The notes: generated by a model from the letters alone, not told the origin. 64,000 nucleotides of DNA from Thermofilaceae archaeon (GCA_038861545.1 JAWCCZ010000001.1:448001-512000); one strand, 5' to 3'. Positions 1 to 10,613 are shown, counted from the first letter of the stretch. A program made the numbers and translations.

Positions 1-609
1 GGCAGGGTTCTGGCCGACGTAGCAAACGGCAAAGTAAACCCCTCCGGTAAGTTACCTACAACATTCCCAAGGGATTGGCCTGATGTACCTGTTGCAAAGT
101 CTTACGAGTGTTACCCGGGTGTTCCCGTTGAAAACCCGCAGCGGGTTATGTACTGTGAGGGAGTCTACGTTGGTTACAGATACTACGATACCTTTGGCGT
201 AGAACCGGCTTACGAGTTCGGTTACGGGCTCAGCTACACGACTTTCGAGTACAGGAACTTGAGTGTCTCTAAGGAGGGAGATGCAGTTAAAGCATCCTTC
301 GAGGTAGCAAATGTCGGCCAGTATCCCGGAAAAGAAGTCGCCCAAGTGTACGTGAGAGCCCCGAGAGGTAAGGTAGATAAACCGTTTCAAGAGCTCAAAG
401 CTTTCAGAAAAACACGCTTACTTCTTCCGGGCGAAGTTGAAAAAATCGAGCTGACTATAAGCGTAAACGACCTAGCCAGCTTCGACGAGAGCGAGGGCAT
501 GTGGCTAGTTGAAGCAGGAGAGTATGAAGTTAGGATTGGAGCTTCGTCAAGGGACATAAGGTTGACGGGTAGGTTTACCATAGAAAATAGTATAACGTTC
601 AAACCTTAA
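1..609 (+). CDS. GH3 beta-glucosidase, C-terminal part (5'-truncated by window edge), with Fn3-like domain
   Basis: Frame 1 is open from base 1 (GRVLADVANGKVNPSGKLPTTFP); contains YxEGVYVGYRYY, FGYGLSYTTF, GKEVAQVY and ELKAFRK, typical of GH3 C-termini. Confidence 0.93.
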   Translation, partial: GRVLADVANGKVNPSGKLPTTFPRDWPDVPVAKSYECYPGVPVENPQRVMYCEGVYVGYRYYDTFGVEPAYEFGYGLSYTTFEYRNLSVSKEGDAVKASFEVANVGQYPGKEVAQVYVRAPRGKVDKPFQELKAFRKTRLLLPGEVEKIELTISVNDLASFDESEGMWLVEAGEYEVRIGASSRDIRLTGRFTIENSITFKP

Positions 610-742
610 ATTAATTTTAGCGTGCTGTAAGATGTAACCCATTTATATTTTCAATATACAGAATCAGTATAGGTTTCCCATGTTCATATTAAAATAATTG
701 CTTGCTAGAAAAGTATATTCGAACCCATTTTCAGTTTAAATT

Positions 743-2098
743 ATGAACGTTGAAGGTAAAATCCTTTGGATTATTGACCTACTCTCCCGGCTTATCCAGG
801 TTAACACTACCAATCCTCCGGGAAACGAGACTCCGGCTGCTAAGCTCGTGGCTGAAGAGTTGGAAGGTAAAGGGGTTGAATATAAGCTACTAGAAAGCGC
901 TCCAGAGAGAGGAAACATAGTAGCATGGGTTGAATCACCTAAGCCCGGCCCATCTCTTCTACTTCTATCCCACCTAGATGTCGTACCGGCAAACCCGGAG
1001 GAGTGGAGCACTGACCCTTTCTCAGGAACCTTGAAGGACGGCTTTATCTGGGGTAGAGGTGCACTAGACGATAAGCTCTCTGTCGCTGTCATGCTGAGAG
1101 TTTTCCTCGATTTAGCTGAATCCAAAAATTTTCACGGTAAGCTGATTTATGCAGCTACAGCGGATGAAGAGATGGGTGGAAGAGCCGGTGCCAAGTGGCT
1201 CGTAGAGAATCATCCGGAGCTCGTCAAAGCCGACTACGTGATCAATGAAGGTGGGGGTTTCGAGATACCCGGTAAGCGGAGCACGTTTCTCGTGCAGACT
1301 GCTGAAAAAGGCGTGTACTGGTTTAAGCTCAAGTTTAAGGGAAAACCAGGCCATGCTTCGATGCCTAAATCAGGCGATAACGCGTTAGTTAAAGCCGCTG
1401 AAGCTGCTAGGCGTTTAAGCGTAGAACAGCCGCCTACAGATGTAAAACCTGGCGTTAAACTAATGATTAAGTATTTTCTGGAGGCTAGGAGCGCTCCTAT
1501 GCTTCTCAGAATGTTCTTAACTTCGAGCCTAGGTGTACATCTTTTTACTAAATTTGCCGGCGACGCCGGGCCAATGTTCGATGCCGTGACCAGGAATACG
1601 ATGGCTCCCACGGTAATTAGAGGAGGTGATAAGGTCAACATCATACCATCCTCCTGTGAACTTTATGTCGACTGCAGGTTGCTGCCCGGGTACGGCGAAG
1701 AATGGGTGAAAACTTACGTTTCTAGTGTTTTGAAGGGATTAGACTACGAGCTGGAGTTCGCTCATAAAGATCCCGCAACCGAGACTCCTACCAATACTCC
1801 CCTTTTCAACGCGATCCGAATGGCTGTGGAGTCGGAGGTACCTGGAGCTTTAACAGCCCCCTACATGTTGACTGGAGGTACGGACTCACGCTTCTTCAGA
1901 ACCGCTTTCAACTCTATTGCATATGGTTTCGTCCCCTGCAGGCAGGACATGCCCCTCAGGGAAATGCTGAGACTTGCACACGGCGTTGACGAAAGAGTCT
2001 CTTTAAAAAACATAGAATTCTGCTTCAGGACCTTATCCAAAGTACTCGAAGTCTTCTACACAACTGCAGAACCTGGCCCGGGAAAGAGTGCCAGTTAA
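743..2098 (+). CDS. M20-family metallopeptidase/deacylase (ArgE/DapE-like)
   Basis: SHLDVVP, GRGALDDK, DEE, NEGG, GHAS, GGTD and HGVDER metal-binding and catalytic motifs. Confidence 0.92.
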   Translation: MNVEGKILWIIDLLSRLIQVNTTNPPGNETPAAKLVAEELEGKGVEYKLLESAPERGNIVAWVESPKPGPSLLLLSHLDVVPANPEEWSTDPFSGTLKDGFIWGRGALDDKLSVAVMLRVFLDLAESKNFHGKLIYAATADEEMGGRAGAKWLVENHPELVKADYVINEGGGFEIPGKRSTFLVQTAEKGVYWFKLKFKGKPGHASMPKSGDNALVKAAEAARRLSVEQPPTDVKPGVKLMIKYFLEARSAPMLLRMFLTSSLGVHLFTKFAGDAGPMFDAVTRNTMAPTVIRGGDKVNIIPSSCELYVDCRLLPGYGEEWVKTYVSSVLKGLDYELEFAHKDPATETPTNTPLFNAIRMAVESEVPGALTAPYMLTGGTDSRFFRTAFNSIAYGFVPCRQDMPLREMLRLAHGVDERVSLKNIEFCFRTLSKVLEVFYTTAEPGPGKSAS

Positions 2099-2425
2099 TG
2101 GTCTCCTCTGATAACCATAAGTTCCTAGCTACGCTTCTATCCTCATAGAAATTTACAAAAGGTTTAAGGATCTCTAAACCGAGTAGTAATTCCAAAATCA
2201 CGACGTTATAATATTTTTTTGTTTTAGCTACTGTTTCTCAGGTTTTCCTGCTTCAACCAATTTGGGCATATAGTCCCATTATACTAAGTAATTGAATGGC
2301 CCGTATAAACCGCTTTGGATGTTAAGCTCTTTGTACTTACGGTTAGAATTTACAGTAGAGCATTAAAGCCTTCACGCGTTAACAATAGGACCGCTTAGGT
2401 CAACTTTTTTATCAAGCTTTTTTCC

Positions 2426-3172
2426 TTGCTAGCTGTGCGAGACCAGGAGGTTAGGTTAGCTTTTATTAGCTGGCGTGAAGCTGGCGAACGTTTTTCACAT
2501 TGTGATGTTACACTTCTACCGGTTGGTTCAACTGAGCAGCATGGTCCCCAGAATCCTCTGGGTACGGACCACTTAATTGCGTATCACCTTGCCTTGGAAG
2601 CTGGCAAACGAACTGGAGTTACCGTTTTACCGCCAATCCCGTTTGGGATCAGCTCGCATCATTCGAGTTTCCCAGGTACGGTTTGGGTGCGGGAATCAGT
2701 TTTCAAAGAGTATGTTAAGGACGTAATCCTCTCGCTGAAAACTCACGGGGTTAAAAAGTTCATAGTAGTAAACGGGCATGGTGGCAACTTACACACGCTC
2801 ACATCGCTTGCAAGGGAGCTGAGAAGGGAGGGGATTCTAGTAGTTACTTACGAGTGGTGGACCCTGCCCCAGTTTAAAGAAATTTTCTCTGAAGATGAGC
2901 TGGGCCATGCCGCGGCGATTGAAACATCGTTAAACCTTTACCTTCACTCTGAAACTGTAAAAATGGAAGCGGCAGTTAATGAGAAACCGGCGAAGCTGCC
3001 TACTGATGGATTAGCTTACTTCCCTGAGAGAACCGATGATAGAGTGCGGAGCGGCGTTTTCGGTACATCCACAACTGCCACGCGAGAGAAAGGTGCTAAG
3101 GTTTTCGAGATAGCCGTAGATGCGCTGGTTAAGCTCGTAGAGGAAGTTAGGAGTTTAGACTTTAAGGCCTAG
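2426..3172 (+). CDS. Creatininase/creatinine amidohydrolase family protein (start uncertain)
   Basis: PVGSTEQHG, GTD, NGHGGN and GHAAAIETS motifs. Confidence 0.9.
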   Translation: MLAVRDQEVRLAFISWREAGERFSHCDVTLLPVGSTEQHGPQNPLGTDHLIAYHLALEAGKRTGVTVLPPIPFGISSHHSSFPGTVWVRESVFKEYVKDVILSLKTHGVKKFIVVNGHGGNLHTLTSLARELRREGILVVTYEWWTLPQFKEIFSEDELGHAAAIETSLNLYLHSETVKMEAAVNEKPAKLPTDGLAYFPERTDDRVRSGVFGTSTTATREKGAKVFEIAVDALVKLVEEVRSLDFKA

Positions 3173-3188
3173 TAACGGTGGAAACTCA

Positions 3189-3623
3189 TTGACGGGTCCC
3201 GGGGAGGGTAAAATCCCTCTGAAGTCTAGGGTTTTCCTGGTATCCGGACGCTCAAGAGTAGAGCTTTATTGCTCAGTATACCTTCACGTAAAAGGGTATT
3301 CAATGGCTAGGGTTACGCACGTAGACGTGGAGGCTGATCAGTTGAACGAGTTGTTGCTACCAGGAGATTCTGCATACGCGATCGTTTATACTACGGGGGA
3401 AGAGCTGAGGATTAAGTTCCAAGAAGGCAGGAGTCTTAGAAGTACAAGCAAACAAGTTTCAGAGGTATCAATAAAATGCATGGAGCTGGTAAGCGTGCTT
3501 GCACCTGTGAGAAGTATAGCGTATATTGGTGGTAAAGAGGGCGGGATATTCATTGGCTTTAAAAGGGAATTCGTGAGGAAACTGGAAGAACTAGCTGTGA
3601 AGTTGGGCGTTATGCCTAAGTAA
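3189..3623 (+). CDS. Hypothetical protein
   Basis: 144-aa ORF, co-oriented and closely spaced between two clear genes; no motif recognised. Confidence 0.65.
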   Translation: MTGPGEGKIPLKSRVFLVSGRSRVELYCSVYLHVKGYSMARVTHVDVEADQLNELLLPGDSAYAIVYTTGEELRIKFQEGRSLRSTSKQVSEVSIKCMELVSVLAPVRSIAYIGGKEGGIFIGFKREFVRKLEELAVKLGVMPK

Positions 3624-3680
3624 AGCCTTTAGTTAGGTGCATCCACGATCCAGTTAAATACCAGCGTCGATACATTACAT

Positions 3681-4712
3681 ATGCCCAGAGAGGTTCTCTT
3701 GTTAGAACCCAGAAAGTTAGCCTTTAATGAGTACGATGAGTTACCGTTAAAGTCCAACGAGATAAGGGTAAGGAGTGTTTTTTCATCCGAGAAACATGGG
3801 ACAATGCTTGCCTTCTACCGTGGAACTGCTATTTGGCTAAGCAAGTCTTACGATCCAGACTTGACGTTATTCGTGGAAAGGAAGGGTGGAAAATTGTACC
3901 CCATGCATGTGGGGAATATGACTGTGGGCGTGGTTATTGAAGTCGGAGAAAACGTGAAGAAGTTTAAAGAGGGAGATAGGGTTTTTGGTTACTTGCCTAT
4001 TAGGGAAACGCATACAGTTTCCGAGGATTCTGTTTGGGCTGCACCGGCTGGAGTTACCGACGAGGAGCTAGTATGCATTGATCCAGCGGTTGTAGCTCTA
4101 ATGGGAATAAGGGAGGGCACTGTTAAGCTGGGCGATACTGTCGCCGTATTTGGGCTCGGTGCAATTGGTCTTCTAACCGTGCAGATGGCTAAACTTTCCG
4201 GAACTTTAACGGTTGTAGGAATAGACCCTGTTGAAAACAGGAGAAAACTAGCTGAAGAATATGGGGCGGATTTCACGGTGAATCCCCACAGCTGCGACGC
4301 TGGTTTTGAGGTGAAAAGGATCGTGAAGGGAGGTGTAGACGTGGTTATTGAGACAAGCGGTTCATATCAGGCTCTCCATCAAGCTATGAGAGCAGTAAAA
4401 TGGGGTGGTAGAGTCGTGCCGGTTTCTTGGTATCAAGGCGAAGCGCGAGGGCTTTACCTAGGTGAAGAGTTCCACCATAATCGCCTTACTGTGATTTCCG
4501 GAGCAAGAGTAGAGAGTGAACCTTACAGAGAGTATCCCCTGTGGGATCGCCGCAGAGTGTACGACACCGTACTCGAACTATTTAAAAGAAGGGCGCTTAC
4601 GGTAAAGGGTATGCTAAAGCCTATCGTGAAGTTTGATGAAATGATCGAAGCTTATAGGCTCATAGATGAGCAACCTGAAAACGCCATAAAGCTGGGAGTG
4701 AAATATTCCTAA
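3681..4712 (+). CDS. Medium-chain dehydrogenase/reductase (MDR, sugar/alcohol dehydrogenase-like)
   Basis: GroES-like N-domain (GVVIEVGENV..FKEGDRV) and Rossmann motif GLGAIG; the canonical Zn-binding Cys ligands are not evident. Confidence 0.85.
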   Translation: MPREVLLLEPRKLAFNEYDELPLKSNEIRVRSVFSSEKHGTMLAFYRGTAIWLSKSYDPDLTLFVERKGGKLYPMHVGNMTVGVVIEVGENVKKFKEGDRVFGYLPIRETHTVSEDSVWAAPAGVTDEELVCIDPAVVALMGIREGTVKLGDTVAVFGLGAIGLLTVQMAKLSGTLTVVGIDPVENRRKLAEEYGADFTVNPHSCDAGFEVKRIVKGGVDVVIETSGSYQALHQAMRAVKWGGRVVPVSWYQGEARGLYLGEEFHHNRLTVISGARVESEPYREYPLWDRRRVYDTVLELFKRRALTVKGMLKPIVKFDEMIEAYRLIDEQPENAIKLGVKYS

Positions 4713-4715
4713 AGT

Positions 4716-6404
4716 TCACTGAAAGAATTCCTCTATTCTTCGCTCCTTAGCACTGAGTTCTCCCTCTGCTTTCACTACTTCACCTACAAGGTATGGGGCC
4801 AAGTTTACGGGGCGTGAAGGTTTACTCCACTCTTCACGCCAATCGATATCCTTACCTCCCAAGGCTACTCCATACTTCGCTTGAAAATCATAGATTCTTA
4901 TGATCGCCGGCGTTGGTGCAGCTGAACCAGAGATTAAAGCTTCTCCAGTGCTTAACCCGGAAAGGCCTTCTACGAGTTCCTTCATTACATCCTCCATACT
5001 GCTGAGGATGTACTCCTGATCCCTGGGATTCGAGGTTCTGAGCGCTATAAGTGTACCGCATTGAGCTAAAAGTGTTTGGGAAAGTTCTCGAGGTCTTTGG
5101 CTTACTACTCCGAGCCCTATACCAAATTTCCTTCCCTCCTTAGCTATCTTTTCGAGAATATCCTTAGCTGGGCTCCACCTCCCTTGAGGCGCATAGTTAT
5201 GCGCCTCCTCAACGAGTACGAGAGTTGGCTGGGGCGCACCGGCTAATACACTAGCGGTTATCAATCTCCACAACGATTTCAGCACTGTTGACACAGTGGA
5301 AGCCTGCGCGTCGCTAGGTAGACCACCCAACGAGAGTATGCTAAGGCCCGGCTCAAGAAGCGATCCGTATACCTTCACATAAGCTTCGACGCTTCTCTGA
5401 GGCTCTTCTTTATTAGTAATAGAGACATAAAATTCTTCGCTAAACCTAGGTCGAGTTATATAGCTTAGGTCTGAGTTATCCAACATTGAGTCGATCTTTA
5501 ATAAGAGATCTTCCAGCGATCGATCAGTGTATCTGCTACCTTTAGCCTGTTCAGCCAGAGCTTCTCGCAGCTCCCCTGGCTTAAAGTAGATGGGGTCATT
5601 AGCCGTGGCTGGGGGGAATCGATGACTACGAACTTCTTGGAGCGCGTTTCTCAGGTACATCATCTGCTTAGTGGCTTTGGAGGGATCAAGCCTTAAGAGA
5701 GCGGCTATCTCCTCAAAGCCTAAGGTCCATAAAGGTACTTCGAGGGGCCTCGGCACTACTCCATAACGCGTCTCAATTAGCTTTGAGACCTTGCCGATGG
5801 GGGTAAGCACCCTAGCCGAAATGTACTTACCAGCCAAGGGCACGTACTCGCTGTGGGTATCAATTACTATGACCTTGGAGTACGGGTACTTCTCGAGAAT
5901 GGACGCCAATATAACGGCTACGGTGTTAGATTTACCGGCCCCTGTCATCGCAAGGACAGCAAAATGGCGGGAACAGAGCATGTTAAGTGAGAGCGAGAAC
6001 GGGACATTGGCGTCGAAGCTGAGCCGTCCTAGCTCGATGTCCCCGTGGCCCATTAACTCAACTAGTTCTTTACTCGCGGCTGCGTAGACTACCTGGCCCG
6101 GATGGGGCAGCTCAGGCACACCTCTTTTAATACCTTCCTCTGTCTTGCAGCCGACAAGCATCGCTATTAACTCGTTTCTAGCTGGCCTGATCTCAGCATA
6201 ACCCTCAAGCTCCTCAATGATTCTGCCTTTACGGTATAGCTCATCCAACAAGTTAAAGCTAACCACCATAGCATAAGCCCAGGTATCACCACATTCTATT
6301 TTTACATAGATGCCAGGTTTAGCCATTAATTGCATCTTATCCTCGAAAACCGCGAATCGGATCAAGCTTCTACCGTAAACTGTTACAATCCTTCCAACTT
6401 CCAT
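4716..6404 (-). CDS. herA: HerA-family ATPase/DNA translocase
   Basis: N-terminal HAS-barrel-like region, Walker A AMTGAGKS, IDTHSEY, Walker B EEAH, EGRKFG, SQRP; directly downstream of nurA. Confidence 0.9.
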   Translation of the reverse strand: MEVGRIVTVYGRSLIRFAVFEDKMQLMAKPGIYVKIECGDTWAYAMVVSFNLLDELYRKGRIIEELEGYAEIRPARNELIAMLVGCKTEEGIKRGVPELPHPGQVVYAAASKELVELMGHGDIELGRLSFDANVPFSLSLNMLCSRHFAVLAMTGAGKSNTVAVILASILEKYPYSKVIVIDTHSEYVPLAGKYISARVLTPIGKVSKLIETRYGVVPRPLEVPLWTLGFEEIAALLRLDPSKATKQMMYLRNALQEVRSHRFPPATANDPIYFKPGELREALAEQAKGSRYTDRSLEDLLLKIDSMLDNSDLSYITRPRFSEEFYVSITNKEEPQRSVEAYVKVYGSLLEPGLSILSLGGLPSDAQASTVSTVLKSLWRLITASVLAGAPQPTLVLVEEAHNYAPQGRWSPAKDILEKIAKEGRKFGIGLGVVSQRPRELSQTLLAQCGTLIALRTSNPRDQEYILSSMEDVMKELVEGLSGLSTGEALISGSAAPTPAIIRIYDFQAKYGVALGGKDIDWREEWSKPSRPVNLAPYLVGEVVKAEGELSAKERRIEEFFQ

Positions 6405-6408
6405 AAAC

Positions 6409-7611
6409 TCACCTTAACCCGGCCATCGCTCTACCCGACGGCGCGAGCATGGATCTCACTACTGAGATATGCTCCCTTTTATACAGTTCGTCCGCCATTA
6501 AGCGAACTAGCTCAGGGTTTAAAACGGCCAAGTGATGCACGTAGCTTAAAGGTCTTGGGTAACCCTTTTGGTCAGACAGTTCGGAAAGTGTTGAAACCGC
6601 TTTGACTGCAGTGTCGAGGGAGACAAAACTGGGAAACGTCATCTGTGAAACAGGCCCCTTCCTCCTTAGCTTAAAATACAATACATGATAAGTACTCCAC
6701 TTACTATACACTTCTTCCAATAGCTTACGTGAAGCTGCACAGGATTTAGGTCTCCCAAACCTGGCCCCCTCAATTAAAGCGTAAACCGAATCGTAAGTTC
6801 TCCATGAGTGATCTAGTAAGGAAAGATCGTTCAACCATCCGAGTATGCCCTTTTTTTCGACTATGAATCTACTTTCTGCATCCTTTGCGACCCATAAAGG
6901 GGCGGTATTGAGCTCCATGCATCTTTTAAGGAACTCGTTAAGGGTGCTCAGATACGCTGTTGCTTCAACATACACCACTGAGTAGTCTAATGCCTCTTTC
7001 TTGGACATAATATCTGGAGCAATAAGGCTTATCTCCTGGTAGAGTGAGTTGGCTAGACCTGAGATTCCCTCAAGTAGTTTGGAGAATCCGTTCAAAGGTT
7101 CCTCTCCTAGTTTGTCGCAGACTAAGGCTAATGTTTTCTCTCCGTATTTATCTTCGATGTCGGGATATAGATAGCCTAGTTTAGCTAAAGTTAGATTCTC
7201 TTGGACGTCATGCGGGTGACCAAAAGGTACCATCATCTCAGAAATATAACTACCATCGAGAAATATTGCATCAACACCTCTCTTGATTATATCTATGGCA
7301 GCAAACATCTCTAGCATAGACATTAGAAGCCCTGCTCTTGATTCACCATAGCTTTTAGGCGCAAGCACTGTAATAAGAGGCCTCGAACTCCCGGGTAAAA
7401 GTTTCTCAAGCCTATCACCACTCACGATTAGCGAAGCTGCTGAAAGAGATAACATATACACACCTCTTCTCTCATCTAAAGCGAAGCTGCCGTCTACAAA
7501 TCCAGTTTTATTTAAGTGTTCAGTGTTTATTGGTTCTGCTAGCCCCTTCAAATCCTCCTCAACACGCGTAATTACTTCTTCAATTGTTCTAAATATGCTC
7601 ACGTTTAGCAC
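6409..7611 (-). CDS. nurA: NurA-family nuclease
   Basis: VDGS, LDGS, vAKD and GYPxPL..H motifs; 4 bp from herA. Confidence 0.85.
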   Translation of the reverse strand: MLNVSIFRTIEEVITRVEEDLKGLAEPINTEHLNKTGFVDGSFALDERRGVYMLSLSAASLIVSGDRLEKLLPGSSRPLITVLAPKSYGESRAGLLMSMLEMFAAIDIIKRGVDAIFLDGSYISEMMVPFGHPHDVQENLTLAKLGYLYPDIEDKYGEKTLALVCDKLGEEPLNGFSKLLEGISGLANSLYQEISLIAPDIMSKKEALDYSVVYVEATAYLSTLNEFLKRCMELNTAPLWVAKDAESRFIVEKKGILGWLNDLSLLDHSWRTYDSVYALIEGARFGRPKSCAASRKLLEEVYSKWSTYHVLYFKLRRKGPVSQMTFPSFVSLDTAVKAVSTLSELSDQKGYPRPLSYVHHLAVLNPELVRLMADELYKREHISVVRSMLAPSGRAMAGLR

Positions 7612-7702
7612 GGCGACCTCTTCTTAAAGAGTTTATGTCTGATTAAAGGTCTCGCAAAGAGTATAATGAAAGTGTAACAGCATGAGTGCAAGTTCCAGTA
7701 CG

Positions 7703-8818
7703 TTACCATCGATCAGGTTGCCACACGTACGGCGTAGATTTTGGAAAAAGAGTTGCACATAATCCTACTTGGCCTCGTGTCTCAACGGAGGAAAGCAGCT
7801 CGAACGGGTTTCTGTATCCGAAAATAAGCTGAGCGGCGTCGCCGGGTCCCAATCTGACCAAGTTGGTGGAAAGCGATCCTTCCTCCACCTTTACAGATTC
7901 ATTCCGCACCCTGATCGTTACAGCCTCACTCTCAACTTCCAGCGTGAAATCTCCATTAGTCCCTTTTGACCTATGTTCCAACTCAGGTATAATCTGTTCT
8001 AAAACTTTCTTGAGTGAAGTAACCCTAGCCATACCCCCACCGCTCCAGCTGTACGAGCTCGTTAATGTGGCCCCGTATGCTTTAGCGACATCGGCAAATG
8101 GATGATCGGGAGGCACATGAACAGTTAAGTGGCTTTTCTTTTCCTCCAATGCTATCGAGTAGAAGCTTTGCAGTAAAGCCCGGTACAACCGGGGATCGTG
8201 ATCCAGAGCCCCTATCTCAGCTACAAGAAACTCCTCGGGACTCGGCCATCTTTCAATAGCAGCGTACGCTACTACTTCGCCTGAAGATTTAATCACTAGA
8301 GGTTTAGCGCTGTGCTCCCAGGCAACCCCCTTCCTGAAACCCTTCCAGTCACCAGGTGATCGAACCTTCGCTCCCGGCCAAGCAGCGTTAATCCTCTCAT
8401 AGATGTCAGCTATCCTCATGCTTTGAAAAGCTGAGTCCTCCGAAACTTCCACTTCGAATCTCCCGCCTCTAATTCTAGATGCGTTTCTAAGGTGTATAGT
8501 TACCGTATGCTCTCCCATGAACGTAGCAAACCCGAATCTATGGTAGTACTCCTGTATACCGAAAAGTGCTGAAAGTGGGTAGCCGAGCTCTTTAACATAG
8601 TGGATTGCATAGTTTAGCGTGGAAGCGGAGTAACCAAGCCCCCTAAATTCCCTTGGCGTGTAAACACCTCCCACGCCGCTTGCGTGGATAACTGAAGACC
8701 CATAGTGCAGCTTTAAATCAAGCAAGTATAGCCAGCTAACTTTAATCCCCTGTTTAAAAGCCTCTACTACATTTTCCCCATCTCCCAGTTTTCTTACGCT
8801 TATATCTAAACTCATCAC
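7703..8818 (-). CDS. Eis-like GNAT acetyltransferase with SCP2-like C-terminus
   Basis: VGGVYT..EFRGLGY acetyl-CoA motif, YYHRFGF, tandem GNAT layout, aromatic C-terminus (PDRW). Confidence 0.85.
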   Translation of the reverse strand: MMSLDISVRKLGDGENVVEAFKQGIKVSWLYLLDLKLHYGSSVIHASGVGGVYTPREFRGLGYSASTLNYAIHYVKELGYPLSALFGIQEYYHRFGFATFMGEHTVTIHLRNASRIRGGRFEVEVSEDSAFQSMRIADIYERINAAWPGAKVRSPGDWKGFRKGVAWEHSAKPLVIKSSGEVVAYAAIERWPSPEEFLVAEIGALDHDPRLYRALLQSFYSIALEEKKSHLTVHVPPDHPFADVAKAYGATLTSSYSWSGGGMARVTSLKKVLEQIIPELEHRSKGTNGDFTLEVESEAVTIRVRNESVKVEEGSLSTNLVRLGPGDAAQLIFGYRNPFELLSSVETRGQVGLCATLFPKSTPYVWQPDRW

Positions 8819-8883
8819 ACTCGACTTAATCGTTTCCGGCCGGTAAAAGTGTGTTACTATGTCTTTCTGGAGAAGCGTTAATG

Positions 8884-10539
8884 CTAAGGCTCGTAAGCTC
8901 GTGAGATGTACTCACTTAAGGCTCTGCTGGTGTTAAAGTAGGAGCCGATTCTAGCTGCCGCGTACGTAGAGGTTAACATATACCTACTTTTATTCGTAGA
9001 GTACAGGTCCAAGATCCCACGTAGTTTTGCGTAGAAATCCTTCAAGTCGGCTCTCTCATCAAAGGGTTCGTCGGGCGACATAGCGTCTTTCCCGAAAAGC
9101 CAGCCGTTTTGTCCATCGGCTATACCCTCAAGAACTCCTCCGTCATGCGAAGCTAGCGTAGGTGTCAGGTTCAAAGCGGCTCGCATCCAACTTGTACCAC
9201 AAGCTTCGAAAGGTGGTCGGGGGGTATGCAGCCACAGATCTGAACCGGCTGCCAGCAGCTTCTCCAGCTTAGCTCCTCGCTTACCGGAAAAAGCTATCCG
9301 CACGTGGACTAAAGTTGATATCGCATCAAGTATCGTCCTAAGTTCCTCGCGTCCTCCAAGATCCTTGGGATGAACAGTGCCACTGAATATTAACTGAAGA
9401 TTATATTTTTTCCCCAGTGTTTCCAGTAGCTCTTGGTCGCGTAGGATAAGCGTAACACGCTTGTAGCCAGTTATCCTGCGCCTAAGGGAAGCGATAAATG
9501 AGCTTGAATCAAACACTTTGTTTAGATGGGCACGGCTGTTAACGTAATCGACTAGCTCCACCTTGCACAAAGCTTTAATCTCTTCAACTTCTTTGAGCGG
9601 TATAGACGCGGCATAAACTAGCCGAGAGGGGTCATTTCTCCATCCGTTTAACCATTTATCGTATAATTTCGCTACTCTATCATGCACCCATCGAAGATGG
9701 TGAACACCATTTGTAATATAATCAGGGGTGGATCCTGGAAAGAGGATCTCGTGAACTTTACTGAACTTGTAAGATACGCAGTTATAGTACCCGGATAAGA
9801 ATTCCAGCACTCTGGTCATCTTCAAGGCCTCAGGGCTTACAGCCTTTACTTCTGCAGGTACTTCATAATATTCTTCCACTAATCCATAGTCGAACTGCTC
9901 ATGCCCATAAGGTAGAGGGGTATGAGTAGTGAAAACTACTTTTGATCGAACCTCATCAAGGTTCTTGTACTTTTTTAGAAGTTCGAGCGCTAGAAAGCCA
10001 GCGTGGGATTCATTCAAGTGAAATTTCTTAGCAGATAAACCTAGTTTCTTTACAAGCTCCAACGCTCCCAAACCTAAGATCAATTCTTTAATTAGCCTTT
10101 CCTCATCGCGATTCTCGATGTAAACCCTTGAAGTTATTTCCCTAAGATTTTTGGAGTTCTCCGGCGTATTTGAGTCAAGCATGTATACGGGGACTTCACT
10201 TTTTAAACCTTTAATCCAGTGGCGCCAAACGTTTAGGTAGATGGGCCCTGACCGGAGGTTAAGCTCGAGCTTTAAACTCAGTTTCTCGTGATGATCAAGC
10301 GGATCGTAGGGCTCGTCGTAATCAAAGACTTTCCCCTCTTTAACTTCATGCTGAATGTACCCTCTATCATGCAACAACGTTACGCAAACCATCGGGTAAC
10401 CTATATCCGCAGCCGAGAGTAATATATCTCCTGTTAGGAAACCCAAGCCGCCCGCGTACGTTGGAAGCCCCTCCAAATATACTTCCATCGCTACCAGGAT
10501 TACCGCATCCCGAAGTTTTTCGGCAAATAGCTTCATCAA
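8884..10539 (-). CDS. glgP: Alpha-glucan (glycogen/maltodextrin) phosphorylase, GT35, with Arg at the PLP-lysine position
   Basis: YAGGLGFL, HLNESH, FTTHTP, ITNGVH, RRITGYKR, EACGTSWMR. Confidence 0.88.
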   Translation of the reverse strand: MMKLFAEKLRDAVILVAMEVYLEGLPTYAGGLGFLTGDILLSAADIGYPMVCVTLLHDRGYIQHEVKEGKVFDYDEPYDPLDHHEKLSLKLELNLRSGPIYLNVWRHWIKGLKSEVPVYMLDSNTPENSKNLREITSRVYIENRDEERLIKELILGLGALELVKKLGLSAKKFHLNESHAGFLALELLKKYKNLDEVRSKVVFTTHTPLPYGHEQFDYGLVEEYYEVPAEVKAVSPEALKMTRVLEFLSGYYNCVSYKFSKVHEILFPGSTPDYITNGVHHLRWVHDRVAKLYDKWLNGWRNDPSRLVYAASIPLKEVEEIKALCKVELVDYVNSRAHLNKVFDSSSFIASLRRRITGYKRVTLILRDQELLETLGKKYNLQLIFSGTVHPKDLGGREELRTILDAISTLVHVRIAFSGKRGAKLEKLLAAGSDLWLHTPRPPFEACGTSWMRAALNLTPTLASHDGGVLEGIADGQNGWLFGKDAMSPDEPFDERADLKDFYAKLRGILDLYSTNKSRYMLTSTYAAARIGSYFNTSRALSEYISRAYEP

Positions 10540-10613
10540 AAGTTACCGCCTCTCCTTTATACTCTTCGTAAAAAACTTTGACTAGTCTGCTGTCGGATCT
10601 CAGAAACATGTTA

